From Octopus vulgaris (lineage: Eukaryota): 64,000 bases of DNA. A model generated the notes under the pieces. It was given only the letters and a program-made list of their open reading frames with translations. It was not told the DNA's origin and searched no databases. The DNA lies in assembly GCA_951406725.2 (NCBI GenBank), contig OX597828.1, forward strand, positions 49,290,001-49,354,000, in the 5' to 3' direction. Shown piece by piece: positions 26,007 to 38,785 of the stretch. Position 1 is the first letter of the stretch; each line of letters opens with the position of its first letter. The translations under genes were made by a program, and so were the position numbers.

Positions 26007-26283
26007 GTCATATGGCATAGTGGTTAAGAGCACGGGCTACTAACCCCAAGATTCCGAGTTCGATTCCAGGCAGTGACCTGGTGGCACGTAAAAGCACCCA
26101 CTACACTCTCAGAGTGGTTGGCGTTAGGAAGGGCGTCTAGCTGTAGAAACACTGCCAGATCAAGATTGGAGCCTGGTGCAGCCATCTGGTTCGCCAACCC
26201 TCAATCAAATCGTCCAACCCATGCCAGCATGGAAAGCAGGCGTTAAACGACGATGATGATGACGGGCTTCTTTCAGTTTTTGT
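26007..26283 (+). mobile_element. tRNA-like head (26007-26080) abutting family E body and tail
   Basis: A box TGGCATAGTGG, B box GAGTTCGATTCC, loop ctactaa; then ggtggcacgtaaaagcaccc...cgttaaacgacgatgat. Confidence 0.8.
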
Positions 26284-26880
26284 ATGCAACGCTTTGGTTG
26301 GCTTGAGGCTATAGTAGAAGGCACTCGGCCAATGTGCCAAGCAGTGGGACTGAACCCAGAAGCATGTGGTTGGGAAGCAAACTTCTTTACCGCACAGTTC
26401 TGTCGGCATACCTTTCCCTGACATTAAAAGATTACTGAGAAGTAAAATGACTGACTTTTACAGTTGAGGTTAACAGTTGGTTTAAGGACACAAACAGCAG
26501 CAGTAGCACCATCACCACCACCCTCACCTTCAAAACACCCCCCTCCCCCACCACTACCACAAATATATGTAACACTTTCAACCCCACCCCCACCATCAGA
26601 ACCTTCTATAACAATGGTATGGAATTGTCTCAGGGTCTAAGACATGTGGGGGCGAGGCGGCAGGTAGATAGGAGGGTTGATGTGGTAGGAGCAAAGAAAG
26701 GAACTGGAGGATATGATGGTGGGGAGGGTGTGTAATGTGATGGGTGGGATGGGGAAAACATTGCCCCACCCCCACCCTGACTTCACTTGAGATTATTACT
26801 TACAGGAAATGTCTTTGAAAGCTAGGAAATATTTTCACATGCGTGTATGTGGGTGTGTATACACACCCACACAAATGTAT

Positions 26881-26925
<45 letters not shown>

Positions 26926-27191
26926 TACATATATAGAGAGAGATGTGCACACACAATCAGAAGTTCACATTGGTGTGGTGTGAAGTGAGCTGGAAAAAGT
27001 ACTCAACAGTATTAAGTACTCAGGTGAAGTGGGAGACCATACTCAAGAGTTTTGTCAGTCTTTCATCTACCCAAGGAATAGGGCCAAGAAACTCTGAGTA
27101 ACAACTTGCTCCAGGATGGGCACATTCCTGAGTCTCAAACACACACATTCTGACAACACTAAATAGGTATATATACATATATACACATATA

Positions 27192-27243
<52 letters not shown>

Positions 27244-27399
27244 TGTATATATATTTAAATGTATGTATATATATTTATTTATATAAAGCTCTTTATGGAT
27301 GTGAAAGCATTGATCACTCCATGACCACAGGACACATATTTAACTGTATATAAATACATTACTGCTTCTTAGAGTGTCTTCTTTTTCGGATATATGATA

Positions 27400-27718
27400 C
27401 ACTTCAGTCATGAACAATCATGGTATTGCACCTAGAAAGTTACCCTCCAGGGCAGGAGTCTGCACAAAGTTCTTTATAGAAGACCAGCAGTCGTCCATGT
27501 ATACCAGCCTCCCCCTCTCCACGCCACTGATGTTATCCAAGGGAAAGGCAAAGGGGCCGATACAGCTTGGCACCAGTCACATTGCAACTCAATTCTACAG
27601 CTGAATGAACTGGAGCAATGTGAAATAAAGTGTCCTGCACAAGAACACAACACGCAGCCCGGTCCAGGAATCAAACTCACAACATCACGATCGTAGGCTC
27701 AATGCTCTAACCACTTAG

Positions 27719-27720
<2 letters not shown>
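27400..27720 (-). mobile_element. SINE family D
   Basis: Reverse complement of 39292-39628. Confidence 0.85.
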
Positions 27721-27769
<49 letters not shown>

Positions 27770-27772
<3 letters not shown>

Positions 27773-28148
27773 CGCAGGAGTGGTTGTGTGGTAAGTAGCT
27801 TGCTAACCAACTACATGGTTCCGGGTTCAGTCCCACTGCGTGGCATCTTGGGCAAGTGTCTTCTGCTATAGCCCCGGGCCGACCAATGCCTTGTGAGTGG
27901 GTTTGGTAGACGGAAACTGAAAGAAGCCTGTCGTATATATGTATATATATATATATGTGTGTGTTTGTGTATGTCCCCCTAGCATTGCTTGACAACCGAT
28001 GTTGGTGTGTTTACGTCCCTGTCACTTAGCAGTTCGGCAAAAAGAGACCGATAGAATAAGTACTGGGCTTACAAAGAATAAGTCCCGGAGTCGATTTGCT
28101 CGACTAAAAGGCGGTGCTCCAGCATGGCCGCAGTCAAATGACTGAAAC

Positions 28149-28179
<31 letters not shown>

Positions 28180-28180
28180 G
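27770..28180 (+). mobile_element. SINE family A, full length, young, A-run tail
   Basis: ggcgcaggagtgg... to gaaacaagt(A)n. Confidence 0.92.
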
Positions 28181-28182
28181 AG

Positions 28183-28227
<45 letters not shown>

Positions 28228-28230
<3 letters not shown>

Positions 28231-28333
28231 TATTATTAAACAAGGATATTACTCACGTTGACTTTGAAGTTTGGGTCAGTTAAGCAGTTAACTTCGAAGT
28301 CACTGTCAACGATATTCTTGCTTAAGAATAATA
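28228..28333. other. Gap-free imperfect inverted repeat (44-nt arms, 18-nt loop)
   Basis: 28228-28271 pairs with 28290-28333; hand count gives 34 of 44 Watson-Crick pairs. Confidence 0.85.
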
Positions 28334-28432
28334 AATTTGTATTCAAGGAAAGTATGGAGTAACCCAGCAGATTAATGTAAAGCTGTTTTTATTATAACTG
28401 AACATAAAAACAAACATTAACACACACATACT

Positions 28433-28470
<38 letters not shown>

Positions 28471-28956
28471 ATTATGTCAGTGTGTGTGTATGCCACAGAT
28501 TTCCAGCAGCAAACTATTTGGAATAGTTTCTTGGGGGGGTCACAGAGTACAGAATGTGGTGGTGAGAATGGTACTAGCTAACTATGACGGGGGGGGGGGG
28601 GTGAAGGAGGTGTTAGTGGTGGTGATGGTAATAGTGCTTCTAGTAGTTCTGATTACATTAGTGGTGGGGGTAATAGTAGTAAATACAGAGTAGCAGTAGT
28701 AGTAGGAGGAGCAACAGCAGCAACTAGTAGTAATTGTTTAGCCCTTGGTCAGCCTTGATAAAGGCAGACATACAATCAAAAGTATTCCAAACAGGACCAT
28801 CCACCATTTTACATATGTTGGACTATATGATCCAGTGTAGTTCAACTGCCACCATCACCACCCCAACATTTGCAGCTTTATTCTGTGGTAAAAAAATAGT
28901 TGATACTAATTCAATTCTCATCCAGCTTCACTTATTAACAGGATTCATAATTAGTA

Positions 28957-29303
28957 GGCATAGGAGTGGCTGTGTGGTAAGTAGCATGCTTACAAACCAC
29001 ATGGTTCTGGGTTCAGTCCCACTGTGTGGCACATTGGACAAGCGTTTTCTACTACAGCCTGAGTGGATTTGGTAGACGGAAACTGAACGAAGCCCGTTGT
29101 ATATATGTATATATATATATGTGTGTGTGTGGTGTTTGTGTTTGTACCCCCAACATCGCCTGACAACCGATGCTGGTGTGTTTACTTAGCAGTTTGGCAA
29201 AAGAGACCAATAGAATAAGTCTTGGGGTCGATTTGCTCGACTAAAGGTGGTGCTCCAGAATGGCCACTGTCAAATGACTGAAACAAGTAAAAAAAGTAAA
29301 AGA
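28957..29303 (+). mobile_element. SINE family A
   Basis: Consensus match with small deletions. Confidence 0.85.
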
Positions 29304-29404
29304 GCCATTTAGCCCAAGGTTAACCCTGTAACATAGGAAGGACCAAAGACAATCCAGATGTGGCCCTCCTATTTTTCATAAGGCTATTATAACATCATAT
29401 CTAA

Positions 29405-29590
29405 GGGGGCAAGCTGGCAGAATTGTTAGCATGCTGTGTAAAATGCTTAGCAGTATTTCATTTGCCATTAAATTCCGACTTCAAACTCTGCAGGGGTCCA
29501 CTTTACCTTTCATTCTTTCGGGTCGATAAAATAAGTACCAGTTGAATACTGGGGTTGATATAATTGTGCCCAAAACTGAAACCATTATTA
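29405..29590 (+). mobile_element. SINE family B
   Basis: aagctggcagaattgttagc...gggtcgataaaataagtaccag. Confidence 0.75.
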
Positions 29591-30199
29591 CAGTATATCA
29601 AAGACTAGCATTATTCTATTTCTTCCAGGCGACGGGGTGTAATGTAAGGGAGATTTGGTTGCTATTTCTAGAATGTTGTTCCACCTTATAGCGGCTCTCT
29701 TGTTGGGGTTAAGTACATTTACTGTATTACATAGTGAAACAACAAAATAAATTAATACAGAATTATCAAACCTCGAAATAATTAGCCAACAAATCAAACA
29801 GACACATTAAAGCGATAACGAGATGAATAAATTATGAAGACAGACAGACAGACAGGCAGGCAGGTAGAGAACCTGGTAGCAACATATTTCATTAGAAGTG
29901 AGTGTATGTATATATATTAAGCCTATATATAAGACAGTACTTGTTGCTATGGGTGAGAGGGAGAGAAAGAGAAAAATATATGCACACACACAAAATTATA
30001 ACATTCTACCCCCACATAAACTGTCAATCCTCTCACCACCCCCACCAAACTTAGATATGTTTTATACATACATAGATATATGTATATAGATTACACATAT
30101 ATATTACAGCCTGTAATATATATATATATATATATGGAGATAGGGAGAGAGAGAGAGATATTATTTTTAAATATTCAGTGTGTGTGGGTGTGTGTGCAT

Positions 30200-31133
30200 A
30201 TTCTTTTGCTTGTTTCAGTCATTTGATTACAGCCATGCTGGAGCACTGCTTTTAGTTGACCACAGGACTTCTTTGTAAGTCAACAACTTATTCTATTTTG
30301 TCGGCCTCTTTTGCCGAACTCCTAAGTTACAGGGACGTAAACACACCAGCATCAGTTGTCAAGTGATGAAGTGGGTACAAACACAGACACACACAAATAT
30401 ATATATGTATAAACATACGACAGGCTTGTTTCAGTTTCCGTCTACCAAATCCACTCACAAGGCTTTGGTTGGCCCGAGGCTATAACAGAAGACACTTGCT
30501 CAAGGTGCCACACCATGGGACAGAACCCAGAATCATGTGGTTGGGAAGCAAGCTACTTACCACACAGCCACTCCTGTGCCTATCTATCTATCTATCATCA
30601 TCATCGTTTAGCGTCCGTTTTCCATGCTGGCATGGGTTGGACGGTGCAACTGGGGTCTGGGAAGCCAGAAGGCTGCACCAGGCCCAGTCTGATCTGGCAA
30701 TGTTTCTACAGCTGGATGCCCTTCCTAACGCCAATCACTCCATGAGTGTAGTGGGTGCTTTAAAACTATATATATATAACTGACCCTAGTATTTCTTTTT
30801 TAAAGCCTGGTACTTAATCTCTTTTGCTGAACCACTAAGTAACAGGGACATAGACACACCAGCACTGGTTGTCAAGGTGGTAGGAGGACACAAACAAACA
30901 CACACACACAACAGGCTTCTTTCAGGCACTATGTTAAAATCACCACCCATGTTGGTGTCACATAAAAAGCACCCATTACACTCTGTAGTGTGGTTGGTAG
31001 CAGGAAGGGCACCCAGTTGCAGAAACCATGCCAAAACAAACAATTGGAGCCTGGTGTAGCTCTCCAGTTTCTGTCAAACCGTCCAACCCATGTCACATGG
31101 CAAATGGATGTTACATGATGATGATCATCATCA
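30200..31133. mobile_element. Cluster: family A (-, 30200-30581), E (-, 30595-30761), A partial (-), E (+, 30950-31133)
   Basis: Consensus motifs of A and E. Confidence 0.8.
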
Positions 31134-31314
31134 TGTATTTAGGGTAGTGAGATGCAGTGTGTGTGTGTGTGAAGGTCGAAAGGAAAAGAGTTAAGCACAA
31201 TCTGCTGGATGTGCTTAACAATGAAGAATGAGGCACAGATGAGCTGAGAGAAAAACTGAGTATGAGAGGAATGTGCAGAAAGAAAATAAATGGCTTCCCT
31301 TGGTATGTAGATGT

Positions 31315-31790
31315 TGAGGAGGAAGAGGAGGAGGAGGAGGAAGAGGAGAAGGAGGAGGGTGATGAAGATGATGATGGGGGGGAGGAGGAGGAGTGGAAGA
31401 TGAAGAGGAGGAGGAAGTGGAAGATGAAGATGAGGAGGAGGAGGAAGTGGAAGATGGAGAGGAGGAGGAGGAAGAAGTGGAAGATGAAGAGGAGGAGGAA
31501 GTGGAAGATGAAGATGAGGAGGAGGAGGAAGTGGAAGATGGAGAGGAGGAGGAAGAAGTGGAAGATGGAGAGGAGGAGGAAGTGGAAGATGGAGAGGAGG
31601 AGGAGGAAGAAGTGGAAGATGGAGAGGAGGAGGAAGTGGAAGATGGAGAGGAGGAGGAGGAAGAAGTGGAAGATGGAGAGGAGGAGGAGGAAGAAGTGGA
31701 AGATGGAGAGGAGGAGGAGGAAGAGGAAGATGAAGAGGATGAGGAGGAGGAAGAAGGGGAAGATGAAGAGGAGGAAGAGGAAGAGGAGGT
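31315..31790. repeat. Purine-rich minisatellite, unit gaagtggaagatgga(gag)n
   Basis: About 13 units of 21-30 bp; gives low-complexity ORFs in several frames. Confidence 0.92.
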
Positions 31791-32544
31791 CATTGAAGTT
31801 CCAAGGTATTGATCTGGAAGAAATTAGTGGCAAAGGGAGACTGAAGAATCATCATCATTAACATCCATTGTCCATACATGGGTTGGACGGTTTGACCAGG
31901 GCTGGCAAAGAATTGGTAAGAGCTGAAAACTCAGGAAACTTAAACTTTATATAAAAGAGACGACAAAGGAACACAAGGAGTAGCGGAATTTCGTGCCGGA
32001 GAAGGCCAGACCAATCCATGCCAGCATGGAAAAACCACTGCCAAAATAATTATGACAATATGGATGTATAAATACACATAGACATGTTTTTATACATCAT
32101 TAGCATCATCATTTTAATGTCCACTTTTCCATGTTCAAATGGGGCAGACAGAATTTGTCGAGGCAGATTTTCTATGGCTGGAAGCCCTTCCTGTTACGGA
32201 CCCTCACTTGTTTCTGAGCAAGGTAATATTCTGCCATGGCCAGACATGTTTTCATGGAAGATTGGAAACACAGTACTGTGTGTGTGTACAAGATGGTAAC
32301 GCTCATTTACAACTACCACACAATATGAAGACAAAGAGACAGACAGACACACACACACACACACACACACACGTATATATGACAGTTTGCAAGTACCAAA
32401 TCCACTCACAAGATACTTGTTCAAAGTGTTACACAGTAGGACTGAACCTGAAACCATGCACTCATAGTTCTCAACCACACAGCCATGCTTGTGCATCTTA
32501 TAGATGGATGGATAGATGGATGGATCGATAGATGTGTGTGCATT

Positions 32545-32905
32545 CGCTTGTTTCAGTCATTAGCTTGTGGCCATGCTGGGGCACCACCCTGAAGAATATT
32601 AGTTGAAAGAATCAACCCCAGGTTTTTTTTAAACCTAGTACTTATTATATTGGTATTTTTTTGATGAACCACTAAGTTACAGGGACGTAAACACACCAAT
32701 ACTGGCTGTCAAGCAGCAGTCGGGGACAAACACAGATATATGAACATACATACTCACAACAGGCTTCTTTCAGTTTCTATCTCACTGAATCCAGCAACAA
32801 GGCTTTGGTCAACCCGAAACTGTAGTAGAAAGTACTCACCCAAAGTGCCATGCAGTGGGACTGAACCTGGAACCATGTGGTTGGGAAGCAAATTTCTTAC
32901 CACAC
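32545..32905 (-). mobile_element. SINE family A
   Basis: Diverged consensus match. Confidence 0.8.
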
Positions 32906-33639
32906 ACTCACGTGTGTGTGTGTAATAGTTACTATGCACAACAAACCATTATCTTGTGGTGTAGGTTTGATGCTTAGAGTAAGATGTGAGGGCTATAATT
33001 ACACAACCACATAACACACTATATAGTATAAAAGTGTGTTCTATGGTGAATTACAAAATCTTCCTTGACTAATTAAAGATGTGTAAATTTACGCAGTTAA
33101 TTTAGCCAGATCTAGCAGCTGCAGATGTTGGAATATCATTACCAGCATCTGTTTGGGGGTGTGATGAAATAAATATATCAAGTGATATCAAGGGAAAGGA
33201 GATAATTGCACACGACGGGTTATGTTGTTATGTTTAAGAGTTGTGAGTTTGTTAAAAAGAGGAGGACAGAAGAGGTGAGGCGGGAGGAGAAAGAGGAAGA
33301 GACAATAAATCGATAATATAATATATTGATGATTGTAAGTTACTGAAGTGAGATCAGAGGAAGAGATAAGGTGGTGGAGGGGAATGGAAAAAATAAAAGA
33401 AATTATTTATTTAATATCAACAGAGAATGTCTACTGGCTAGAGAAAGTAATAAATGGTTTATATAATCTATAATATATGGCTGTGGGGTTATGATGTTCG
33501 CTTCCCAACATCACGGTCTAAAGTTCAATCCTACTGCACAGCACCTAGGGGCAAATGCCTTCTGCTGTAGCCCCCAAGCTGACCAGAGCAGTGTAAATGA
33601 ATTCGGTAAAGAGAAAACAAGCCAGTCAGTTATAATAAT

Positions 33640-34375
33640 GATTACAAACTTCGACACAAAGCCAGCAATTTTGGGGGAGGGGGAGGAGGGTAAGTTGATT
33701 ACATTGATCACAATATTTAACAAGCACTTATTTTATTCATCCTGAAAGGATGAAAGACAAAAATGGCTGAAATGGAAGTTGAGCTCAGAGCATGAAGATG
33801 GATGAAATGCCGTCAAATAAAAAAAGAAGTGGAGGCTAAAATGTCAATGATGGTGAACTGATGTCTTTAAAGAAATGATTATTCATTAAATAGACTAATA
33901 ATCATAATAGCTATTTCCAACATAGGCACAAAGCCAAAAATTTGGTGGGGACACATTAGTCAATACCAATGACCTCAGTAGCTGACTGGTCCTTCGTTTT
34001 ATCAGCCCTAAAAGGACAAAAGGTAAAGATGCCCTCAATTGGATTTGAACACAGTACATAAACAAGCATAAGACATTTTACCCAAAGCTCAACCAGTTCT
34101 ACCTTTGATCAACTGATCTTTAATAATCGTTTCTAATGAGGCACAATGGAGGGGGTTAGACAATCTTATCAACTCCAGTATTTAACTAGTGCTTAATTTA
34201 TCAATCATCATTGTCATCATCACCATCACTTAACTGATACTAATTTTATCGACTCCAGAAAGGATGAAAGGCAAAGTCAACCATGGTGGAATTTGAACTC
34301 GGAACGTGAAGGCGGACAAAACGCCACTAAACATTTTGCCCAGCGTGCTAATGATTCTGACAGCTCATTACCTTG
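33640..34375 (-). mobile_element. Cluster of diverged family B SINEs
   Basis: Repeated aaaggatgaaag.caaa and atttgaac motifs. Confidence 0.65.
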
Positions 34376-34919
34376 CTAATAATAATTATGATGATGATGA
34401 GATATACATTTATACATTTTTATCTGATTATTCCCTCCACTAACCCTAACTTGTCTCTCTACATGTTACCCTCAAGGAAACTTGTCCCAACCCACCCTAA
34501 CACAAATAACATAACTCTAATAATACATCACACACACACACACGTATAAGCACACACACACATGCATACACTTGTCAGTTAATGAATGTATGTTATGTCA
34601 GCTGTGCAGATTGCAGTTTACTCTTCATTATGTTGCTTCACTAAACAACACACCCCCACCCGTCTTTCACTCCACCCACCCAGTGTTGTAAGAATGTGTG
34701 GAGGTTATTCAAATTTCTGTTTACTTCTTACAAATATTTGCCCCCACCACCAACATCACCCTCATCACACTTGCACACACACACACAAACTTATACCTGC
34801 TAAATGTCAATTAGTACCCCCTAACCTTTTCCCATTGCTTCCTTAATGAAGCAACTTTAAAGAAGAACTTTAGCATATCAGCGCATCACTCTTTTACAAG
34901 AATACAAACTGAACCAGCG

Positions 34920-35140
34920 TAAACCCTTTAGCAATATAAACCAGCCAAATTTGGCTCAAATACTCTGCATGTTTTACATCCAAGCTGATCATACATAGCC
35001 TCTCAAACCTAACCTACACTGACATTTAAAAAAAAAATTAACAATCCCCTCATCAAAACCTCAAAGCTTTTAAGATAATGCATGATTAATTCAAAACAAT
35101 TTTAATAAAAAAGCATAAGATTTGGCTGAGTAACCTGAAA
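34920..35140. mobile_element. piggyBac-type MITE, diverged
   Basis: aaccctttagca...gataatgcatgattaattcaaaacaat shared with the 23715 family. Confidence 0.7.
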
Positions 35141-35161
35141 GTTCGTTAAACTAGCTCTCTT

Positions 35162-35425
35162 TCATCATCATCATTGTTTAATGTCTGTTTTCCATGCTAG
35201 CATGACAATACCCCCAAGAGTTGGCCAGGCCGAAGCCTGCACCAGACTTGTGTGTCTGTTTTTGGTAGAATTTTTACAGCTAAATGCCCTTCTTAACACC
35301 AACCACTCAGCAGAGTGGACAGTGCTTTTTACATGGTACAGGCACAGGCGAGATGAGTGGTGCTTTTTACATGGCACAAGCACAGATGATGTAAGTAGAG
35401 CTTTTTACGTGGCACAAGCACAGGC
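35162..35425 (-). mobile_element. Family E copy
   Basis: gtttaatgtctgttttccatgctagcatg...tgcccttcttaacaccaaccactc. Confidence 0.75.
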
Positions 35426-35504
35426 GAAGATCATCATCATCATTTGACGCCCGTCTTCATCATTTAATACACATTAGATATACATACATACACTCCATAA
35501 TATA

Positions 35505-36061
35505 TTGGGTTGTCCGGAAAGTTCGTGCCGATTTATAGTAGCTTACCTTTCGACTTATTTTAGAACATGGTTGAGTCCATAAAATAGGATTTGACTACAC
35601 CTCCATTTAGAGCACAGTTTAAGCTATCTTTTCATGGAAGAAAGTTTATGTTCCTATAACCTGTGTAACCCTCTAAAATGGAAGATAAAAAAGTTCATTT
35701 TCGGCACTTGATGCTTTAGGAACCAGACAAAAATTGCTGCAGCTCGGCTAGGATGTGTTACCCCACCTTCCATATTCACCAGTTATTGCTCCTTTGGATT
35801 TCCACTTATTCAGGTCTCTGCAGAATAGTCTTAATGGTAAAAATTTCAATTCCTTGGATGACGTAAAAAGATACCATGATGAATTCTTTGCCATGAAACC
35901 ACCTCAATTCTGGGAAGAGGGTATTTTCAAGTTAAAGGAAAGATGGAGACACATTGTGCAACAAAATCGTTCATATTTGGTTGATTAAAAATGTAATGGC
36001 AAGTATTTATTGAACTTTTTCTTTCCTTTAAAAATCGGCACAGACTTTCCGGACAATCCAA
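35505..36061 (+). mobile_element. Internally deleted mariner transposon (mellifera-subfamily-like)
   Basis: ~30-bp TIRs ttgggttgtccggaaagttcgtgccgattt / aaatcggcacagactttccggacaatccaa, TA on both sides; N-terminal MEDKKVHFRHLML and C-terminal HLPYSPVIAPLDFHLFRSLQNSLNGKNF...ERW (degenerate YSPDLAPSD motif). Confidence 0.92.
35678..35988 (+). pseudogene. Mariner transposase remnant
   Basis: Start MEDKKVHFRHLML* fused to ORF 35755-35988; most of the DNA-binding and catalytic domains are missing. Confidence 0.88.
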
Positions 36062-36094
36062 TAGTTTTATTCATATTCAGAAGTCGAATTTTTT

Positions 36095-36390
36095 AAACCG
36101 GGTACTTATTCTATTGATCACTTTTGCTGAACCGCTAAGTAAAAAGGACATAAACACAGCAACATTGGTTGTCACGTAGTGGTGGGGGGGGGGGACAAAA
36201 ACAGACATACACACACATATATATATACGCAGGGTTTTTCTTTCAGTTTCTCTCCATCAAATCCACTCACAAGGCTTTGGTTGTACCAAAGCTACAATAG
36301 AAAACATTTGCTCAAAATGTCATGCAATGGGACTGAACCTTGAAGCATGTGGTTGGGAGACAAGCTTAATACCACACAGCCACACCTTAC
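36095..36390 (-). mobile_element. SINE family A
   Basis: Diverged consensus match. Confidence 0.75.
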
Positions 36391-37159
36391 AACATCTGGA
36401 ATGGTTAAATCAATCAATCCCTAAGTAGATTCCCCCACAGCCATACAACTATTACAATACTTGATACATAAAGGATATGTACAGACTAAAGAAATGTATA
36501 AATTTACAGCACCATCAAACCCATGCAACTTTAGTAGGAAATAATCTTCATAATCAAAATGGTGGTGGTGGCGGTGGTAGTGGAGGAACAGTAATAGCTG
36601 TAATGATAGAGGTGTTGATGGTAGCGGTTACGGCAATGAGAGGAGGTCGCAGCAGTGGTGGTAATAGGGGACATAGTGATAAAATTAGTGGTAGATAAAT
36701 GGTGGGGGGTAGAATTCCCGGGCACAGAAGACAACACTGAAGAATTTGTCAAGAAAAAGAAGAGGAAAAAGAAAAAAAAGGGCAAAAGAGAAACATACAA
36801 ACAAACAAAAGCATTCCTTGCAAGAAAGGGTTAAATGGTAAAACCCCGAAATTCCATTCAGTTTAGTTTTGAAATTTAAGGAATCAGTAAAGTAAAAATT
36901 ACTAGAAGAGCTAATAACATATTTTCTGATTGTAAGAACTCTTGAGATGCATGTAACCTTTGTAGGTCATTAGGAGGAGGAGGAGAAGCTGTGGGCATGT
37001 AATGTTTGAGACATCATACACACAGCATGTTAACACACACACACGCACCTATGTTCTTTGACATGTTCCAATAACTGACATATTTATATAGTCTGGGAAT
37101 GTTCTGATAAGCTAACACCATTTGTACTTCATACTTCATGAAATTATTATTATTATTCC

Positions 37160-37640
37160 AAAGGTGATAAAGTGGTAAGTTGGCAGAATCGTTAGCATGC
37201 CAGACAAGTTGCTTAACAACATTTTGCCTGTCTTTACGTTCTGGGTTCTTATTCTGCTAAGGTCAACTTTGATTTTCTCCTTTTCGGGGGTCGATAAAAT
37301 AAGTACCACTTGAGCACTGGGGTCGATGTAACTGACTCAGCCCCCACCTTCAAAATAGCTGGCTTTGCATCAAAACTTGAAGCCCTTATTACTGAAGATA
37401 GCAAACTGGCAGAATTGTTAGAATGTCAAGAAAAATGCTTCATGGCATTTTGCCTGTCTTTACAATCTGAGTTCAAATTCCGCCGAGGTCAACTCTGCCT
37501 TTTATCCTGTCAGGGTTGATAAAATAAATATCAGTTGAGCACTGTGGTCAATGTAATCGACTCAGCTGGCCTCATGTCAAAATTTTGAACCATTATTACT
37601 GAAGGTGGCAAACTGGCAGAATCATTAGCATACAGGCCAA
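37160..37640 (+). mobile_element. Head-to-tail family B SINEs (two plus a head)
   Basis: tggcagaat heads near 37181, 37407 and 37614. Confidence 0.8.
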
Positions 37641-37659
37641 AATTCTCGTGTCTGTAGTA

Positions 37660-38161
37660 TTCTTTTATCCTTAAATTTGTTTCAGTCATTTGACCGTGGC
37701 CATGCTGGAACACCACCTTTAGTCAAACAAAGTGACCTCAAGACTTATTCTTTGTGAGCCTAGTATTTATCCTATTGGTGTCTTTTGCTGAACTGCAAAG
37801 TTATGGGGATGTAAACACACCAACATCAGTTGTCAAGCGATGATGGGTGGACAAACAAAGACACACAAACATACACTCACACACACACACACATATATAT
37901 ATACGGCAGGCTTCTTCTAGTTTCTGTCTATCAAATCCACTCACAAGGTTTTCGTTGGCCTGAAACTATAGTAGTAAACACTGCCTTAAAGGGTTTGTTT
38001 TCTTTTTGGCTTTTTTTTAAGAAATTGCCCCCAAGACTCTTTTTTAGTTTAGTACTTATTCTATCGGTTTCTTTTGCCAAACCACTAAGCTATCTGGAGA
38101 TAAATACACCAACATTTGTTGTCAAGTGAGGGGGAGGGGGGGCAAATACACATTTTCAAAG

Positions 38162-38192
<31 letters not shown>

Positions 38193-38358
38193 CTCGGCAG
38201 GCTTCTTTCAGCTTCCATCTACCAAATCCACTCACAAGGCTTTGGTCGGCCCGGGGCTATAGCAGAAGACACTGCCCAAGGTGCCACGCAGTGGGACTGA
38301 ACCCGGAACCATGTGGTTGGTAAACAAGCTACTTACCACACAGCCACTCCTGCGCCTA
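37660..38358 (-). mobile_element. Two adjacent family A SINEs
   Basis: Body motifs twice; intact head ending cagccactcctgcgcc. Confidence 0.82.
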
Positions 38359-38369
38359 TATATATATAT

Positions 38370-38785
38370 ATAATGTTTAAACTTTTTGCATACAAATTAC
38401 TGTCAAACGTACTGTTTATTCAAATTGCTTTGAATTAAGCATACATTATCTTGTAGATATGAGATTTTGACATTATGATCATTTATTTTTTAGAATGACG
38501 TTCTAGGTTAGGTGTTAGTGACTGGGTCTGGCTGGTCTGAACATAAAACAGGTAGAATATTTTGGCACCATGTAAAAAGCACCCATGCTGGCACCATGTT
38601 CCTGTGCTGATGCCACATTAAAAGCACCCAGTGCACTCTGTAAAGTGGTTGGCATTAAGAAGGGCATCCAGCTATAGAAACCATACCAAAACAATTGGAG
38701 CCTGGTGCAGCTCTCCAACTTGCCAGCTCCTATCAAACTATCCAACCCACACCAGCATAGAAAACAGACGTATGATGACGATGGT
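38370..38785. mobile_element. piggyBac-type MITE fragment interrupted by family E (+, 38568-38785)
   Basis: tgaacataaaacaggtagaatatttt (reverse of the MITE); aaaagcaccc...aagggcatccagct. Confidence 0.7.

Noticed and set aside
26007-26080. Functional tRNA gene (also 40314-40385 and the SINE heads)
   Set aside because: Cloverleaf arms pair poorly, there is no Pol III terminator, and it is embedded in repeats.
31111-31861. Longest ORFs in the track (240, 199, 192 and 139 aa; acidic, Ser-rich or basic)
   Set aside because: Open in several frames on both strands because of a GAG/GAA minisatellite; no domain and no convincing splice signals.
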